A DNA stretch of 64,000 nucleotides from a virus. Positions 23,701 to 34,618 of the stretch are shown here, one piece after another (position 1 is the first letter of the stretch; every line of letters begins with the position of its first letter). The stretch is from positions 31,460 through 95,459 of the IMG/VR virus record IMGVR_UViG_3300020045_008546; one strand, given 5' to 3'. A program made the position numbers and the translations under genes. Below the pieces are notes generated by a model. The model was not told where the DNA came from and made no database searches. It was given only the letters and a program-made list of their open reading frames with translations.

Positions 23701-24868
23701 TTTATATTACAGATATAAGTATATGTGGTGAAACTTCTGGCACATTCTTTCGTGAAATATTTTATAACGCCTTAGAATCAGCAGAAGGAACTATGGAAGC
23801 TGTTTTAATTTGGGAAGGCGGTGATAATATTACAAGATTAGTAGTTAGTGAAGATGAATATTCAAACGAAGAAATAGAATTATGAATTATAAGAAAAAGT
23901 ATCAAATAGCATTAGTATGTATTATATTATATCAGGCAGCTATATTAGTCAATGAAAATAGTTTGATGTTCACTAAGATAATTAATTTCATATCCTTAGT
24001 TATAAATGTAGGCGTATTAATTTCAACTTTTGATAATAAATGAAACTATCAGAAAAAACAAAAGAACTTATCACAACGACATTAATTATAATCGCCTGTA
24101 TAATTACCATTGTTCTTATCTTAGGATTGGTTGTTGGATATTATTATTTCTTGTCGGAGTTTATATTGAAATGTTTAAATATTATCTTTAATCACAAATA
24201 AAAATGAGTAATTCGAGTAAATTTTGGGGTGTAATTGGTTTAATTGCAATGCTGTATGGTAATTATTTAATATATAATTTCATATCTTCTACCGATAAAG
24301 ACAGAGTAGATAAGCAATATTGCGGGAAAGTAGTTAAAAAATCAGATGAGGAAGTAACAATTAAACATGGAAGTAGAACTGACCTATATCTTATAGTTGA
24401 ATTTGATCAGATAGGATTGAGATCAATAGAAGTAGAGCCAAATACTTATTTTACACATAATAAAGGCGATAGGGTTTGTTTTGGATTAAACAATTACGAC
24501 TTAAACGGCAGAAAGCAAATGACTTTCAAAGAAAGTGCGCTAGATTTATTAAAGTTTCTATTCATGTTTCTAATTGGAATAGCAAATATAGTATTGATAT
24601 TTATAAGTATTGGATTGTCTATTGAAGCACTTAATAAAAAATTAGACGGGAAATGAATTTAAGATGTAATTGTGGTAATGAATTGCCAGATTCTGACATT
24701 GAATTTGGCGGTGAAAGTTGTAATGATGAAGGCGAATCTTACTATGTAGCTACTGTATATTGTGAAAAGTGTAACATATCACACGAGATTAGCGATTGGG
24801 GAGAATATGAAGATATAGATCATGTTAAAGAAGAATTCGTTTATAAAACTTATTTAACGCTTGGTTGA
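20779..24868 (+). other. Array of small hypothetical phage proteins
   Basis: Co-oriented overlapping ORFs; 23255-23518 is a paralog of 7107-7370. Confidence 0.7.
22759..22811 (+). promoter_or_regulatory. Repeated promoter with operator and 5' hairpin (copy 2)
   Basis: TTGTATATTAAAATAATATA..TACATTTA, then TCATCCTA-ACAA-TGGGGTGA. Confidence 0.75.
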
Positions 24869-24965
24869 AAGAAAATGAATTTTAGGAGGAAGTATTCAAA
24901 TGACTATCTGTTTTTAACGGGTAGTTATTTTTTTGTAACTTTACCTTATCATAAAACTACCAACA

Positions 24966-27614
24966 ATGAAAAAGTATTTAATCGCTTTACTTCTTTTATC
25001 TTCGTATATAGGGTATAGTCAAACAGTCTCTTCTTTACCTTCTAATCTTGGTTCGTTAGTTCTGTTTAGAGATAATCCGGTTACTTTAAAAGCTGTGTTC
25101 CCTTCTGGTTATTTATCCAGTTCAACTGTTTCGTCGGACGTGTATCAAATAACCGGAATCTCTGGAACCAAGATAGCTTCAATAATACCTACTACATCTA
25201 AATCAGGCGATACAATTAAAGTTTCACTTACCACTTCACAAGTAGGTAGATTAGCTAGTATTTCAGGATCAATAGGATTGTTTATTAAGATTAATACCAC
25301 TTACGTATTAGGTTCAACAATTACCGTTAGGGTAGGTTCAGGAAATGCTAATACTACGCCTTTTACAGTTAACTTACCTGAAATAGGTATTGTTAAAATT
25401 AATTTAGTTGGTGATGTAGGTTCTGCTTTAAGATATGCCCATTTAGCTGATTCATTAGCAACAATAGCAAAAACAGCTAGTACTAATGCACAATCTAATG
25501 CTTCAATAAGTATAGCAGCAAAGGATAGTGCAAGAATTTACGCCTTATCAACAGCTAATAAAAAGGTTTATACATCCGAAACATTAACTAATTTACGATC
25601 ATTAGCACCAACAGATACTAATTTAGTATACATTCTTTCGGATAAGCTAAGATACGGACAATTTAAATACGATCCATTAGACGTTAGTTCATTAGATAAT
25701 GGCGGTACTATAATCGTAACATCAGGCGGTAAAAGATTTAAAAGAATTATTCAGGGAACAGAATTAAGACCTGAATGGTTTGGCGCGAAAGTAGATGATG
25801 AAGTAGATGATGCACCTGCAATACAAGCTATGTTTAATGCAGTTTCACCGTCAGGAGCGATACTATTATTTTCATCAGGTATTTATTATGTAGGATCAGA
25901 ATTAACCTTTAAATCACAAACAACAGCACCGGCATATAATTACAAGATTTCTTTACGTGGTGCAGGGGTAGGGCGAACACAGATATTTGGCAAAGTAGGC
26001 TTTACTGGCAATATGTTTGAACTTAACACCGGAACAGATTCAGGAACATCAAAAGATTTATACATTACTATTCAGGATATAGAATTCAGGGCTAACACAG
26101 CAAGCAAGATTATAAACGCTACTGAAATAACAAGCGTTAAGATTTATAATAGCATGTTTTTCGGTGGTCAGGATGTAGGTATTCAGGTAGGCAATCCCGG
26201 AGGTATAGGGGGTTATTCTGTTTATATGTACAATAACTACCATAACGGACAAAGATACGGTAACGGTCAAAATAACGGGCTTATGAGGTTTAATAACATG
26301 CGCTTCGCAGTTATAGATGGAATGGAATCAGACGGGGGTAAATATGGCGTTGAATTCCTTGGATCTTCTGATAAAAACATTGTTATTAATTCCAAGATAG
26401 AAGGGACTAAAAGAGCAGGTATATTATTCGATAATACAAATGGAAGCGGAGGAGGTGAAAACAAGATCATTAATACAATGATTAACCCATATGCAGGAAC
26501 AGAAGCACAAGGATTATTTGATGGTCAAATTAATTGCATTGAGATTAACTCGCAAGGCGGGGGAAATATCGAGAATATAATCACAGGAAATACTTTATAC
26601 GCCCCTAGATTAACAAGCTTACCTAATGTATTTATTGTTAACAGTGAATCAGGAACATTTACACCGGGAGCAGGAGTAGAAGTATTAGGCTTAACATCAG
26701 GCGCACAAGGTCACATGGAAGGATTTAACACATCAGCACATAGAATGCTTGTAACAACTTATTCAGGCACATTTACAGTAGGCGAAACAATAAGACAAGT
26801 TAGCAATTCAGTTACAGCAGTTATAGCATCAGAAACACCTCGTATTAGCTCAGGAATAAAACTTTCAGGAGGCGGTGGAACTAATATTATAAACGGTAAC
26901 AACATCAGCGGATTACCTGTTTACGGAATTTATAACGAACAGAATGACAATGTTATTTCTAACAATACTATTCTAGCTAATACAGGACTTTACGCCAGTC
27001 ATACAGGTAGAATTCAGGTAACTAATAACTTCTTTTACAGCGCATCAGGAACAGGAATAAACAGGGCTAATATAGGTGAAATAATAAACACTTCTAACAG
27101 CTTTGTTGACGCAACTAATATAAACACCTCAGACTATTATTTAAAGTCCACAGGAGGCACGGTAACAGGAGCAACAGTACTAAGTGGAACTACTAATACA
27201 ATAACAGGATTAAGAACCACAGGAGACTTTTTACCAACTACTGATCAGAATACTAATGCAGGATCTGACGCGGCTAGATATTTATCAATGTATGGTATTT
27301 ATTTTAACGGTGACGCTTTTATAGCAAGAACAACATCAGGAATGAGTGTTCAAACATCAGACTTAAATACACGCGCTCAATTCGCTAATGATGGAAGTTT
27401 AATTATTCAACCCGGAAGTGGTAGTTTTAGCTCTATTGCCTCAGCAGCTTTGCAGGTTAATAGTACTTCAAAAGGCGCGTTATTACCCCGAATGACAACA
27501 ACACAAAGAGACGCTATAAGTTCACCAGCAGAAGGAATTGAAATATACAATATCACTGTTCATAATAAGCAATTTTACAACGGTACAGTTTGGAAGACAG
27601 TAGTTACGGATTAA
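24966..27614 (+). CDS. Tailspike/depolymerase-like beta-helix protein with N-terminal signal peptide
   Basis: MKKYLIALLLLSSYIGYS|Q; DNGGTII...KR and PEWFGAKVD..DDAPAIQA (pectate-lyase-3-like entry); ISNNTI beta-helix repeats; C-terminal KGALLPRMTTTQRDAI..PAEG..IYN. Confidence 0.8.
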   Translation: MKKYLIALLLLSSYIGYSQTVSSLPSNLGSLVLFRDNPVTLKAVFPSGYLSSSTVSSDVYQITGISGTKIASIIPTTSKSGDTIKVSLTTSQVGRLASISGSIGLFIKINTTYVLGSTITVRVGSGNANTTPFTVNLPEIGIVKINLVGDVGSALRYAHLADSLATIAKTASTNAQSNASISIAAKDSARIYALSTANKKVYTSETLTNLRSLAPTDTNLVYILSDKLRYGQFKYDPLDVSSLDNGGTIIVTSGGKRFKRIIQGTELRPEWFGAKVDDEVDDAPAIQAMFNAVSPSGAILLFSSGIYYVGSELTFKSQTTAPAYNYKISLRGAGVGRTQIFGKVGFTGNMFELNTGTDSGTSKDLYITIQDIEFRANTASKIINATEITSVKIYNSMFFGGQDVGIQVGNPGGIGGYSVYMYNNYHNGQRYGNGQNNGLMRFNNMRFAVIDGMESDGGKYGVEFLGSSDKNIVINSKIEGTKRAGILFDNTNGSGGGENKIINTMINPYAGTEAQGLFDGQINCIEINSQGGGNIENIITGNTLYAPRLTSLPNVFIVNSESGTFTPGAGVEVLGLTSGAQGHMEGFNTSAHRMLVTTYSGTFTVGETIRQVSNSVTAVIASETPRISSGIKLSGGGGTNIINGNNISGLPVYGIYNEQNDNVISNNTILANTGLYASHTGRIQVTNNFFYSASGTGINRANIGEIINTSNSFVDATNINTSDYYLKSTGGTVTGATVLSGTTNTITGLRTTGDFLPTTDQNTNAGSDAARYLSMYGIYFNGDAFIARTTSGMSVQTSDLNTRAQFANDGSLIIQPGSGSFSSIASAALQVNSTSKGALLPRMTTTQRDAISSPAEGIEIYNITVHNKQFYNGTVWKTVVTD

Positions 27615-27634
27615 GTTTGGTTTGATGATAGTTT

Positions 27635-27667
27635 AAATTCCCGTAAGATATATTCCTACGGGAATTT
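27635..27667. terminator. Bidirectional terminator between convergent genes
   Basis: AAATTCCCGTAAG-N7-CCTACGGGAATTT. Confidence 0.8.
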
Positions 27668-27671
27668 TATT

Positions 27672-28403
27672 TTAAACTAATGTCTCAGACACAATAGCAT
27701 AAATCTTATCAATATGCCCTAGTCTTTCTGCTAATTCAAGATTAGATTCTCTTTTCTTCTTCATGCAGGCATTTAAGTTAACACCATATCTATAATATAG
27801 TTTCTCATAAATAGAACGCCATACACTTTGTTGATCCAATCCCTTTGCGCCGCAATATTGATTAACTATTTGTCTAATGTTAGCTCGTTTAGTTAAATCA
27901 GGAACTTTATCAGTAGACCTTTCGACACTTAACAATAATTTAGTTGCCTCAGCCTTTTCTTTTTTGTTGTCCTCAATATACTTTTCAATATTACTAACCG
28001 ATTCTTTTAATAAACCAATTTGCTTTTCCTGATCGGCCAACACCTGAGCACTTTGAAGAATTAATTCAATTTGACTTAATGGCTTAGGTTGTTCAAAAAC
28101 TACTTTATTAGCCTTTTCTAGCTCAATAAAATAAAGCCTAACGATCTTTCCACGTTCTGTTCTTTGTAGCATGGATATTTCTTTTGCCATGTCTATTATA
28201 ATAGCATAATCAACTCCATCTCTTCCTCCTGAGCTTTTCACCCGAATAGGGGTAAAGTCTAAACCCTCTTCAAATCCATATTTAAACATTGATTTAGCCC
28301 ATGAACTAAAATCTTTTCTAACGCCTAATGATTCATGTAAATTCTTTAAACTTACAATATCAACACCGTTTTCATTTTTTACTACTTTAACTATTTCTTC
28401 CAT
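27672..28403 (-). CDS. AntA/AntB-family antirepressor
   Basis: LHESLGVRKDFSSWAK, F.EGLDF, DYAIIIDMAKEISMLQRTERGKIVRLYFIELEK. Confidence 0.9.
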   Translation of the reverse strand: MEEIVKVVKNENGVDIVSLKNLHESLGVRKDFSSWAKSMFKYGFEEGLDFTPIRVKSSGGRDGVDYAIIIDMAKEISMLQRTERGKIVRLYFIELEKANKVVFEQPKPLSQIELILQSAQVLADQEKQIGLLKESVSNIEKYIEDNKKEKAEATKLLLSVERSTDKVPDLTKRANIRQIVNQYCGAKGLDQQSVWRSIYEKLYYRYGVNLNACMKKKRESNLELAERLGHIDKIYAIVSETLV

Positions 28404-28418
28404 AATTGTAAAATAAGA

Positions 28419-28515
28419 AATCCCAACTAACTAAAAGGCTGCAACCTCTTTCGTCAATCGGGATTAATATAATTTTGGTTATCTGTTGCAGCAGATTTAT
28501 CTATACACAAATATA
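28419..28515 (-). promoter_or_regulatory. Structured 5' leader (kissing loop), copy B
   Basis: TATATTTG 28508-28515; hairpin ATCTG-CTGCAA-CAGAT with loop complementary to the TTGCAG loop of hairpin 28419-28465. Confidence 0.72.
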
Positions 28516-28526
28516 GTAAAATTAAC

Positions 28527-29213
28527 TTAACTTTCCAAAGTATTTTTTGACCTAATAAAACCAATAGAAACGATAATCATTAACACTATTTCAAAATAAT
28601 AAGGTATATGACAAACAAAATAAAGTGCCTCATGATTATCCCAAGTAAAATACATATTATATAAAGCACTCGTGAACATTGAAGAGCAATTATAGGCTAG
28701 TAATCCACAGACTATACAAAAATGGCTTGAACGCGTTAATTCGGCCAAATAAACCTCTTCTATTAACTCATATAAAAACAAAAAGCAATACGAACATATT
28801 ATTATACATTTAATAGGTGAAGCATATAAAACAAATTTAATATCACTAGAAGTTAAAGAATCTAAATTGCAAATAGCTAAATCTATAAAAAATATAATAG
28901 TAAAAATAACACCACAATATTTAATATACTTTTTATATCCCAAATCAAAAAATACATTGTAAAAATAATATGACACTATCCAGAAGCTAACTATTAACCA
29001 TAAATTATTATAAGCTATATTGTTAATTCTATTAGCTGAATATATATCTGTTATAATATCTATAATTAATTTAACTATTAAATAATAAAAGAAAATGCGT
29101 AAGGACTTTGATTCATCCCTACGCATTAACAATATTATTATTGGGAATATTGTGGATATCAACACTCCAAAATGTAATGGATAATTTTGAAAGTATTGTA
29201 TCTGTTTATCCAT
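28527..29213 (-). CDS. Seven-transmembrane protein, putative peptide receptor
   Basis: Seven hydrophobic segments, NNIAYN and F...GLL.Y motifs, no cytoplasmic output domain. Confidence 0.75.
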   Translation of the reverse strand: MDKQIQYFQNYPLHFGVLISTIFPIIILLMRRDESKSLRIFFYYLIVKLIIDIITDIYSANRINNIAYNNLWLIVSFWIVSYYFYNVFFDLGYKKYIKYCGVIFTIIFFIDLAICNLDSLTSSDIKFVLYASPIKCIIICSYCFLFLYELIEEVYLAELTRSSHFCIVCGLLAYNCSSMFTSALYNMYFTWDNHEALYFVCHIPYYFEIVLMIIVSIGFIRSKNTLES

Positions 29214-29217
29214 ATAT

Positions 29218-29502
29218 TTACCTACAATCTGGTGGGCATGGGCTTCCTTCTGACATTGCTTTATAAGTCAATACGCCTGACTTGAATACCAATTCGATAA
29301 CTGTTTTAGTTTTACCGTCAATTAGTCCATGCTTAATATTAACACCATCTACGGTTGAAATATCAACTCCTGCGATAAGCTCCTTAATCGTATCTATACT
29401 AAAAAATTCACTCTCGATATACTTAGATCCCTTTTTAACTTTCCCTGCCCTATGTTTTTCAGTTATCTTATCAGCAGTCGCTTTGTCAATTAATTTACTC
29501 AT
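29218..29502 (-). CDS. Small protein ending in GSPCPPDCR (PCPPxC family)
   Basis: C-terminal PCPPxC motif; 4 bp from the 7-TM gene; TAGTTTTG promoter box at 29528-29535. Confidence 0.75.
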   Translation of the reverse strand: MSKLIDKATADKITEKHRAGKVKKGSKYIESEFFSIDTIKELIAGVDISTVDGVNIKHGLIDGKTKTVIELVFKSGVLTYKAMSEGSPCPPDCR

Positions 29503-29608
29503 TATATCTGATGGTTTTATGTGTCTTCAAAACTACCAAAAACTAGGTAATTTTAAAAACCGTTTAATCAATTTGAAAAAATAAATTGAAAATAATTGCA
29601 ATTAAATT

Positions 29609-29656
29609 AGGCACTTAAATTAAATATACTTACATTTGAATATCGAAACGAATCGA
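29609..29656 (+). promoter_or_regulatory. Repeated promoter with 5' hairpin (copy 3, degenerate operator)
   Basis: TACATTTG 29631-29638, then TCGA-AACGAA-TCGA. Confidence 0.6.
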
Positions 29657-29675
29657 GAAATAAACAAAATAGATT

Positions 29676-29861
29676 ATGTATATTTTAACTAATTAATTTG
29701 AGGATGAATTTATTAATTCAGGAGATGATGAAAATATGGAAGATTTCACGACAGATATTAATGATGCAATGAAATGGAGTGATGATCGAAATGCTATTCG
29801 CATGTCTGAGCTATTCACAAAAAGAACAGGTATTAAATTAATTATAAAACAGATATTATGA
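29676..29861 (+). pseudogene. Small ORF broken by one in-frame TAA (29694-29696)
   Basis: MYILTN*FEDEFINSG...FTTDINDAMKW...KQIL*; stop overlaps next ATG. Confidence 0.5.
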
Positions 29862-30007
29862 AAGTAGGAAGGCCAAAAGGAATAAATAGTGTTCACAAGA
29901 GTTTTAATTTAGACAAGCAACATTTGGATTTCTGGAACTCACAGCCAAACAAAAACCGAATGGTTAACAACGCGATTGAAAAACTTAAAAACGAAACTAA
30001 ATTATGA
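29858..30007 (+). CDS. 49-aa GRP-hook / RHH-like DNA-binding protein (not in ORF track)
   Basis: MKVGRPKGINSVHKSFNLDKQHLDFWNSQPNKNRMVNNAIEKLKNETKL. Confidence 0.55.
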   Translation: MKVGRPKGINSVHKSFNLDKQHLDFWNSQPNKNRMVNNAIEKLKNETKL

Positions 30008-33000
30008 TAGGCGAGATTGAATTAAAGAGAATAGGCGAAGGGTATAACGAGGTGTTTAATAAAATGCAAGAAGTTATTATCAAAAAGGATAAAGAGTTAA
30101 TACTATCCAATCAAATGTATTTTAAATCAGCTACTTTAAATATTCAACTACTGGAATACATAACGCAAAATAAGCACATAAGCGAATTAACTAAAAGTGA
30201 AATAGCTGATATAGTAGCACTAAACAAATGAAAACAATCCACAAAGCATTAGAATACGTAACACTAAATACTTCTCTTGAACAAAAAAGAGTAGGTGATT
30301 TATTGAAGTGGCATGTAGTTTTAGGTGAAATTAAAGGGCGAGTAATGGGTGTTAAAACTTTGTATAATTGCAATATTTATCCAGATATGTCTTTTAGTCA
30401 TGAAAGAGAACTTTACATTGATATCAAAGAATCTGAATTTATGGCGTATGTTATTGAGTTAAGTGATGGTAAAAGAGTTTATTCAACTATTTAAAAAAAT
30501 AAAATTATGGGATGCGATATTCATGTATTTGTAGAGTACAAAGAAAAAAAAGGTGATTGGTGGCAAGGGTTTGGCTCTGAGATCCATTTAGATAGAAATT
30601 ATTCAATGTTTAGTTTTATGTGTGATGGCGTAAGAAGTGATCACGATAATGGATATAAGGCAAGAGGGTTGCCGGAAGACTTATCGCACAGAGCTAAGGA
30701 TTCTAATTGGTTGTACATAACAGAAGAAAAAGATGAATGCAATACAGCTACATTAGAAGAAGCTGTACGGTGGCATAGGGATGGCAAAGGAAGTATAATT
30801 AAATATGATACAAAAGGTGATCCACAATACGTTGAACATCCCGATTGGCATTCCCATTCTTGGCTAAATACTAAGGAATATGAAGATTGTTTAAATAAAT
30901 CTGACCATATCACACCAGATTATAGAGCCATTTTAGCTTGCATGAAATCATTTGAATCAGATAATTGTGAAGCAAGGTTAATATTTTGGTTTGATAATTA
31001 ATCATGAGCGAAGAACTAAAAGAACTATTATCAACTCTAAAAGAAGAGCTAGTAAGAAAAACAGAAAACCTTGAAGAGACTAGATTAAGGTTAATAGAAG
31101 CTAATACTGTTATTTACGAGATAAGTAGATTAATGAATGATGTTCATATACCAGATACAAAGTATTGTATTGAAGAAATTATTAAACAATATTTAACTAA
31201 ACCGAAATGAGCATTATTAGCGAGATGATTGATGATAATATAGAAATGAATAATAGATGTATTTCTTCTATGAAATCCTTAATCGATGGAATTGAAATTA
31301 GGGATAAAATTATTGAACAACAAGAAAAAATAATTGTCAATCAAGATTTATTAATTAAGGAGCTGAAATTAAAAATAAATTCAAACCTATGAAAACAACT
31401 ACAAGACCTTTAAATATGAGTGAATTGGGATCTGCTTTGCATTTATCAGTATGCTCTTCAATGATGATAGATTTACTTGATAAGCTATCTTATACTAACA
31501 TCTACAAGCATAAATTAAAGCTAGTAACTAAGGCGTTCTTAAAAGAAATAGAATTGCATCAAGAAGAAAACTTATGGAAATCATCAGTAGCTAATAGTAA
31601 TATTGATACAGCTAACGAACAAATGCAAGGGTTAGTAGATTTCTTAGGCAACTTGTTTTTAATCGGTATAGCTTCTGAAAAGATTGATCCTGAAATACAG
31701 AAAAGTTTCTTTGAAAGAATAGATCAGGTTTGCGAAGAGTTTAATATACCTTTGGAGTTAAAGAGTGATGGAAGTATGCAATTTAGAGAACAGAAAGTTT
31801 TAATTGAAGAGGTATGAAATATTACTTTATTAGTTATACAGAAGTATACAGTGGCGGTAATGTTAGATTTAGAAACGCCTTTATTGAAGGTCATCCACTT
31901 AAATGGCTAGAAGACAAAAATGACCCTCGATACAATAGTACTTATTTTTACACATTAATTAATTGGAAAACTATTCCAGAATCAGATTATAAATTTTACA
32001 GACAATGACAAATAGATACATTATATTAAATGAAAGTCAATCTGCACATTGCTGTTTCACTCATTCAGTTATTGACACAAAAGAAGGAGTAGAAGATTAT
32101 AGTAATAAAGAAACCATCTATTGGAAGAAATGCATAGCAGAAACATTCAGTCTTGAAGATGCAAAACTAATAGTTAACGCCTTAAATAATTTAGAACAAT
32201 GAGCGATAATGTAAACAACCCATCTCATTACGGTGGGAAAGATAGCATCTATGAAGTAATTAAGATTGCAGAATATTACAATGCCGATCTTTATATCTTT
32301 AATTTGTTGAAATATTGCCTTCGTGCCGGTGTTAAAAATGAGGCAACTGAGCTAGAAGATCTCAAAAAAGGTGCGTGGTATCTACAAAGAAAAATAGATC
32401 GCTTAGAAGCACAAAAACAAGGCGTAGAGATTAATCTTAGTTGTGAAGATAAACTATCGCCAGATTTCGTAGTTACATGTCAACAATTAGAAGATATTAT
32501 ATCTAATTCTGATCAACCAAAAGTAATTGAAGAATTAAAAGTAGGAGATAAGATAAAAGCGATTGATTATTTATATATGCACGATAATACCGCAAACTTA
32601 TCCTTAATAAAAGATAAATATTATATTATAAAAGATATAGTACGAGGATTGAATATTATAGTAGCAAGCGAGTATGATAAAAACCATTATTTTACTTTAT
32701 CGGATCTAAATGAATTCTTCCACGTAACCCATTCACAAGGCGTACTAACAAAAGAAAATATTCAGGATATTAAAGATAGTAATTATCAAGACAATTTAAA
32801 CGAAGGATATCATTAATAATTATGGACAATATAAAAAGCAAAGAATTAGAAGAATTATCTAGGCCACTTATTAAATGGCTATGCGATAACTATCACCCAC
32901 ATGTAACAGTTATTATAACGCCTACAAGTGCAGAGTTAAGTGAAGGTATTTTATGTACAGGAATTATTAATGATTATTTAAAAGATTAATACATTATGAT

Positions 33001-33615
33001 AACAGATCTAATTTCAATACTAAATATTCTTCATCAAAAAGATATACATTTTAGATTAGAAAATGACGAAGAAGGATTTTATTTATCTATTATCGACAGA
33101 GAGATTTACCCAAGAATATGGGCAGATAATTACCATGATAATCGAAATAAAATATTCGCAGAAACTACTGAAAATTTATTAAACAGAACTGTATTAGCAG
33201 GTAAAGACTGGTCAGTAAGATTCTATGGAGATAGTGTAGATAAAGTGTTTTTTAAATGTTATGAATTTCTAAAAGAAAATAAATATTAATGAATAACGAG
33301 ATAGATAAAGCTATAACACATTTGATTATTGAAAACTTCAACCGAGAAATAATAAGGGAAATAAAACTAACAGTAAAAAGTTTTATCAACTCTGATAAAT
33401 TATATGCAGTTGAGAGTTTTGACGATCCTTTTAATCAAAAAGATCTACTACTTCATAAACACATAGATTACTGCGAAATAATGAAGTTTATTGAAAATAA
33501 TATTCCTTTGATAAAAGATTTGGATTATACTTTCAAATACACATATCATGTGGTAGGAAATATAAAAGCAGAAATCTCACACTTAGTGTTAAAAAATAAT
33601 AAAAGTACTCAATAG
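30004..33615 (+). other. Array of small hypothetical phage proteins
   Basis: Co-oriented overlapping ORFs, including an MGCDIH...RNYSMF...FWFDN protein at 30507-31001. Confidence 0.7.
32199..32816 (+). CDS. DUF3310 (T7 gp1.7-like) domain protein
   Basis: DNVNNPSHY, NLLKYCLRAG.K, EDLKKGAWYL. Confidence 0.85.
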   Translation: MSDNVNNPSHYGGKDSIYEVIKIAEYYNADLYIFNLLKYCLRAGVKNEATELEDLKKGAWYLQRKIDRLEAQKQGVEINLSCEDKLSPDFVVTCQQLEDIISNSDQPKVIEELKVGDKIKAIDYLYMHDNTANLSLIKDKYYIIKDIVRGLNIIVASEYDKNHYFTLSDLNEFFHVTHSQGVLTKENIQDIKDSNYQDNLNEGYH

Positions 33616-33638
33616 CTAAGATTTAATCGCCTCAACTA

Positions 33639-34130
33639 TTACTTCCTTAAATCATCAAACAAAGCTAAACATTCTTTATGAACTGTTTTACTCTTTCTGG
33701 CAAGCGTTGGGTTAAGCATGACATGAGTGTATTCTTTTCTATTTTTAACGCCTTTAATGTAGTATATAACAGACTTATCATATAGTTTCTTCATGAACAA
33801 GGCGAACTTATTTCTTGCGTAGTCTAATTCAATCATTAATGTTTCTTTCGTGTGTGGATTGTCATTTTCATCAGCTAAGACATTATAAGAACCAGAAACC
33901 ATATCGGACATTTTCATTATACGACCTACATCAACATGACTAAAATTAGTCCATATATAAGCAAGTGCTTTCGAATCAATAATAACATATTCATCCGAGT
34001 GAACTATAACTAAATCTGTTTTTGAACTAACAAAAGATATGTCAGGTATTTCATCATCTAACTTTATACCAGTTTCAATATTAACATATTTACTACTATC
34101 AATTTTACTTTTATTGTATACAGACTTCAT
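33639..34130 (-). CDS. RepL-like plasmid replication / wHTH protein (likely start 34130)
   Basis: YVNIETG N-terminus, HTH region, VMLNP..ARK C-terminus; TATATTTG box at 34151-34158. Confidence 0.55.
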   Translation of the reverse strand: MKSVYNKSKIDSSKYVNIETGIKLDDEIPDISFVSSKTDLVIVHSDEYVIIDSKALAYIWTNFSHVDVGRIMKMSDMVSGSYNVLADENDNPHTKETLMIELDYARNKFALFMKKLYDKSVIYYIKGVKNRKEYTHVMLNPTLARKSKTVHKECLALFDDLRK

Positions 34131-34178
34131 GTTAGTACGTTTATCTATTACAAATATAATCAATTTTACCTTAAAAAG

Positions 34179-34239
34179 TGCACTAAAAAGGGTGCAAAAA
34201 GTGTCAATATTAAGCAAATATGCACCTAAAAGGGTGCAA
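34179..34239. repeat. Two palindromic TGCAC-N8-GTGCA sites 42 bp apart
   Basis: tgcactaaaaagggtgcaa (34179) and tgcacctaaaagggtgcaa (34221). Confidence 0.75.
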
Positions 34240-34269
34240 GAATATTGCGTAATTAATTGATTTGTAACA

Positions 34270-34297
34270 ACTTAACATAATCCTCTTTATTAATATT
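34270..34297 (-). other. dif-like XerC/D site
   Basis: Minus strand AATATTAATAA-AGAGGA-TTATGTTAAGT: 11-6-11 layout, XerD arm 10/11 identical to E. coli TTATGTTAAAT. Confidence 0.6.
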
Positions 34298-34315
34298 CCC
34301 TAATTTATTATACCT

Positions 34316-34612
34316 ATGAAAGGAGATTTTACTTTAAAACAAAAGACGGCACTTAAAGCACTTGAAAAAGCTTTGGAATTGTGTAGCAACTAAAATTTAA
34401 AACTTTGCGGAATGGATGGCAATATTTACTAGGCTAACACTCAGGCATTAAATCATTATGCAGATCAGATGAATAAAGGCGGTTCAAGTGGCGATTACTG
34501 CGAAGTTGCACAATGTCAAAATTTAGATCAGGCAAGTTTAGACGGTGGATTAAATGAATAATGGTGTGGTACAGTAAAATCATATAAAGCCTATACCGAT
34601 TCAGGAGGTTGG
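34316..34612 (+). pseudogene. Decayed ORF with three in-frame stops
   Basis: MKGDFTLKQKTALKALEKALELCSN*NLKLCGMDGNIY*ANT...NE*WCG...YTDSGGW; stops at 34391, 34430 and 34559. Confidence 0.55.
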
Positions 34613-34618
34613 CAATTC

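Noticed and set aside
24966-27614. Diversity-generating retroelement target
   Set aside because: No reverse transcriptase and no TR/VR repeat pair seen in the window
34131-34217. N-terminal extension of the 192-aa ORF
   Set aside because: It overlaps a TATATTTG promoter box and the palindromic sites; the ATG at 34130 is the more plausible start
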